Shown here: in pieces, positions 34,522 through 34,522 of the stretch
How positions within the stretch are numbered: the first letter of the stretch is position 1
How the letters are laid out: every line of letters begins with the position of its first letter
Source of the DNA: a virus
Taxonomy: Duplodnaviria > Heunggongvirae > Uroviricota > Caudoviricetes
IMG/VR virus record: IMGVR_UViG_3300037589_000184
Coordinates: 1-34,522 of that record
Length of the DNA: 34,522 nucleotides
Strand: one strand, 5' to 3'
Notes under the pieces: model-generated
The model's input: only the letters and a program-made list of their open reading frames with translations
Told to the model about the DNA's origin: nothing
The model's database searches: none
Position numbers and translations under genes: made by a program

Positions 34522-34522
34522 G

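Noticed and set aside
1-34522. Stop-codon reassignment (TAG or TGA), known in some gut crAss-like phages
   Set aside because: ORFs up to 1843 aa are intact in the standard code, and TAG (6363), TGA (7645, 8115) and TAA all end genes at coupled junctions.

Overview
Fragment of a crAss-like (Crassvirales-type) phage genome, probably infecting an environmental Bacteroidota host such as a Flavobacteriaceae member. The genetic code is standard (TAA, TAG and TGA all end genes). Bases 1-31.8 kb are a leftward morphogenesis and lysis module. In transcription order it holds small regulatory and accessory genes, an amidase endolysin, TerL, portal, scaffold, major capsid, auxiliary capsid and ring proteins, tail fibres and a PL1 pectate-lyase-like protein. 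It continues with two membrane proteins, a PD-(D/E)XK nuclease, an IHF/HU-like protein, further ring proteins, a 1843-aa muzzle and a truncated cargo gene missing from the ORF track. Small rightward genes start at about 31.9 kb. The most notable unexplained structure is non-coding: a promoter/palindrome/mini-ORF/terminator leader ahead of the late operon, a repeated 15-nt motif before the rightward units, a roughly 95-nt folded intergenic RNA and a series of internal Bacteroidota-type promoters. The muzzle also carries a vWA/MIDAS-like insertion. All protein calls come from motif recognition and crAss-like synteny; no database searches were run.
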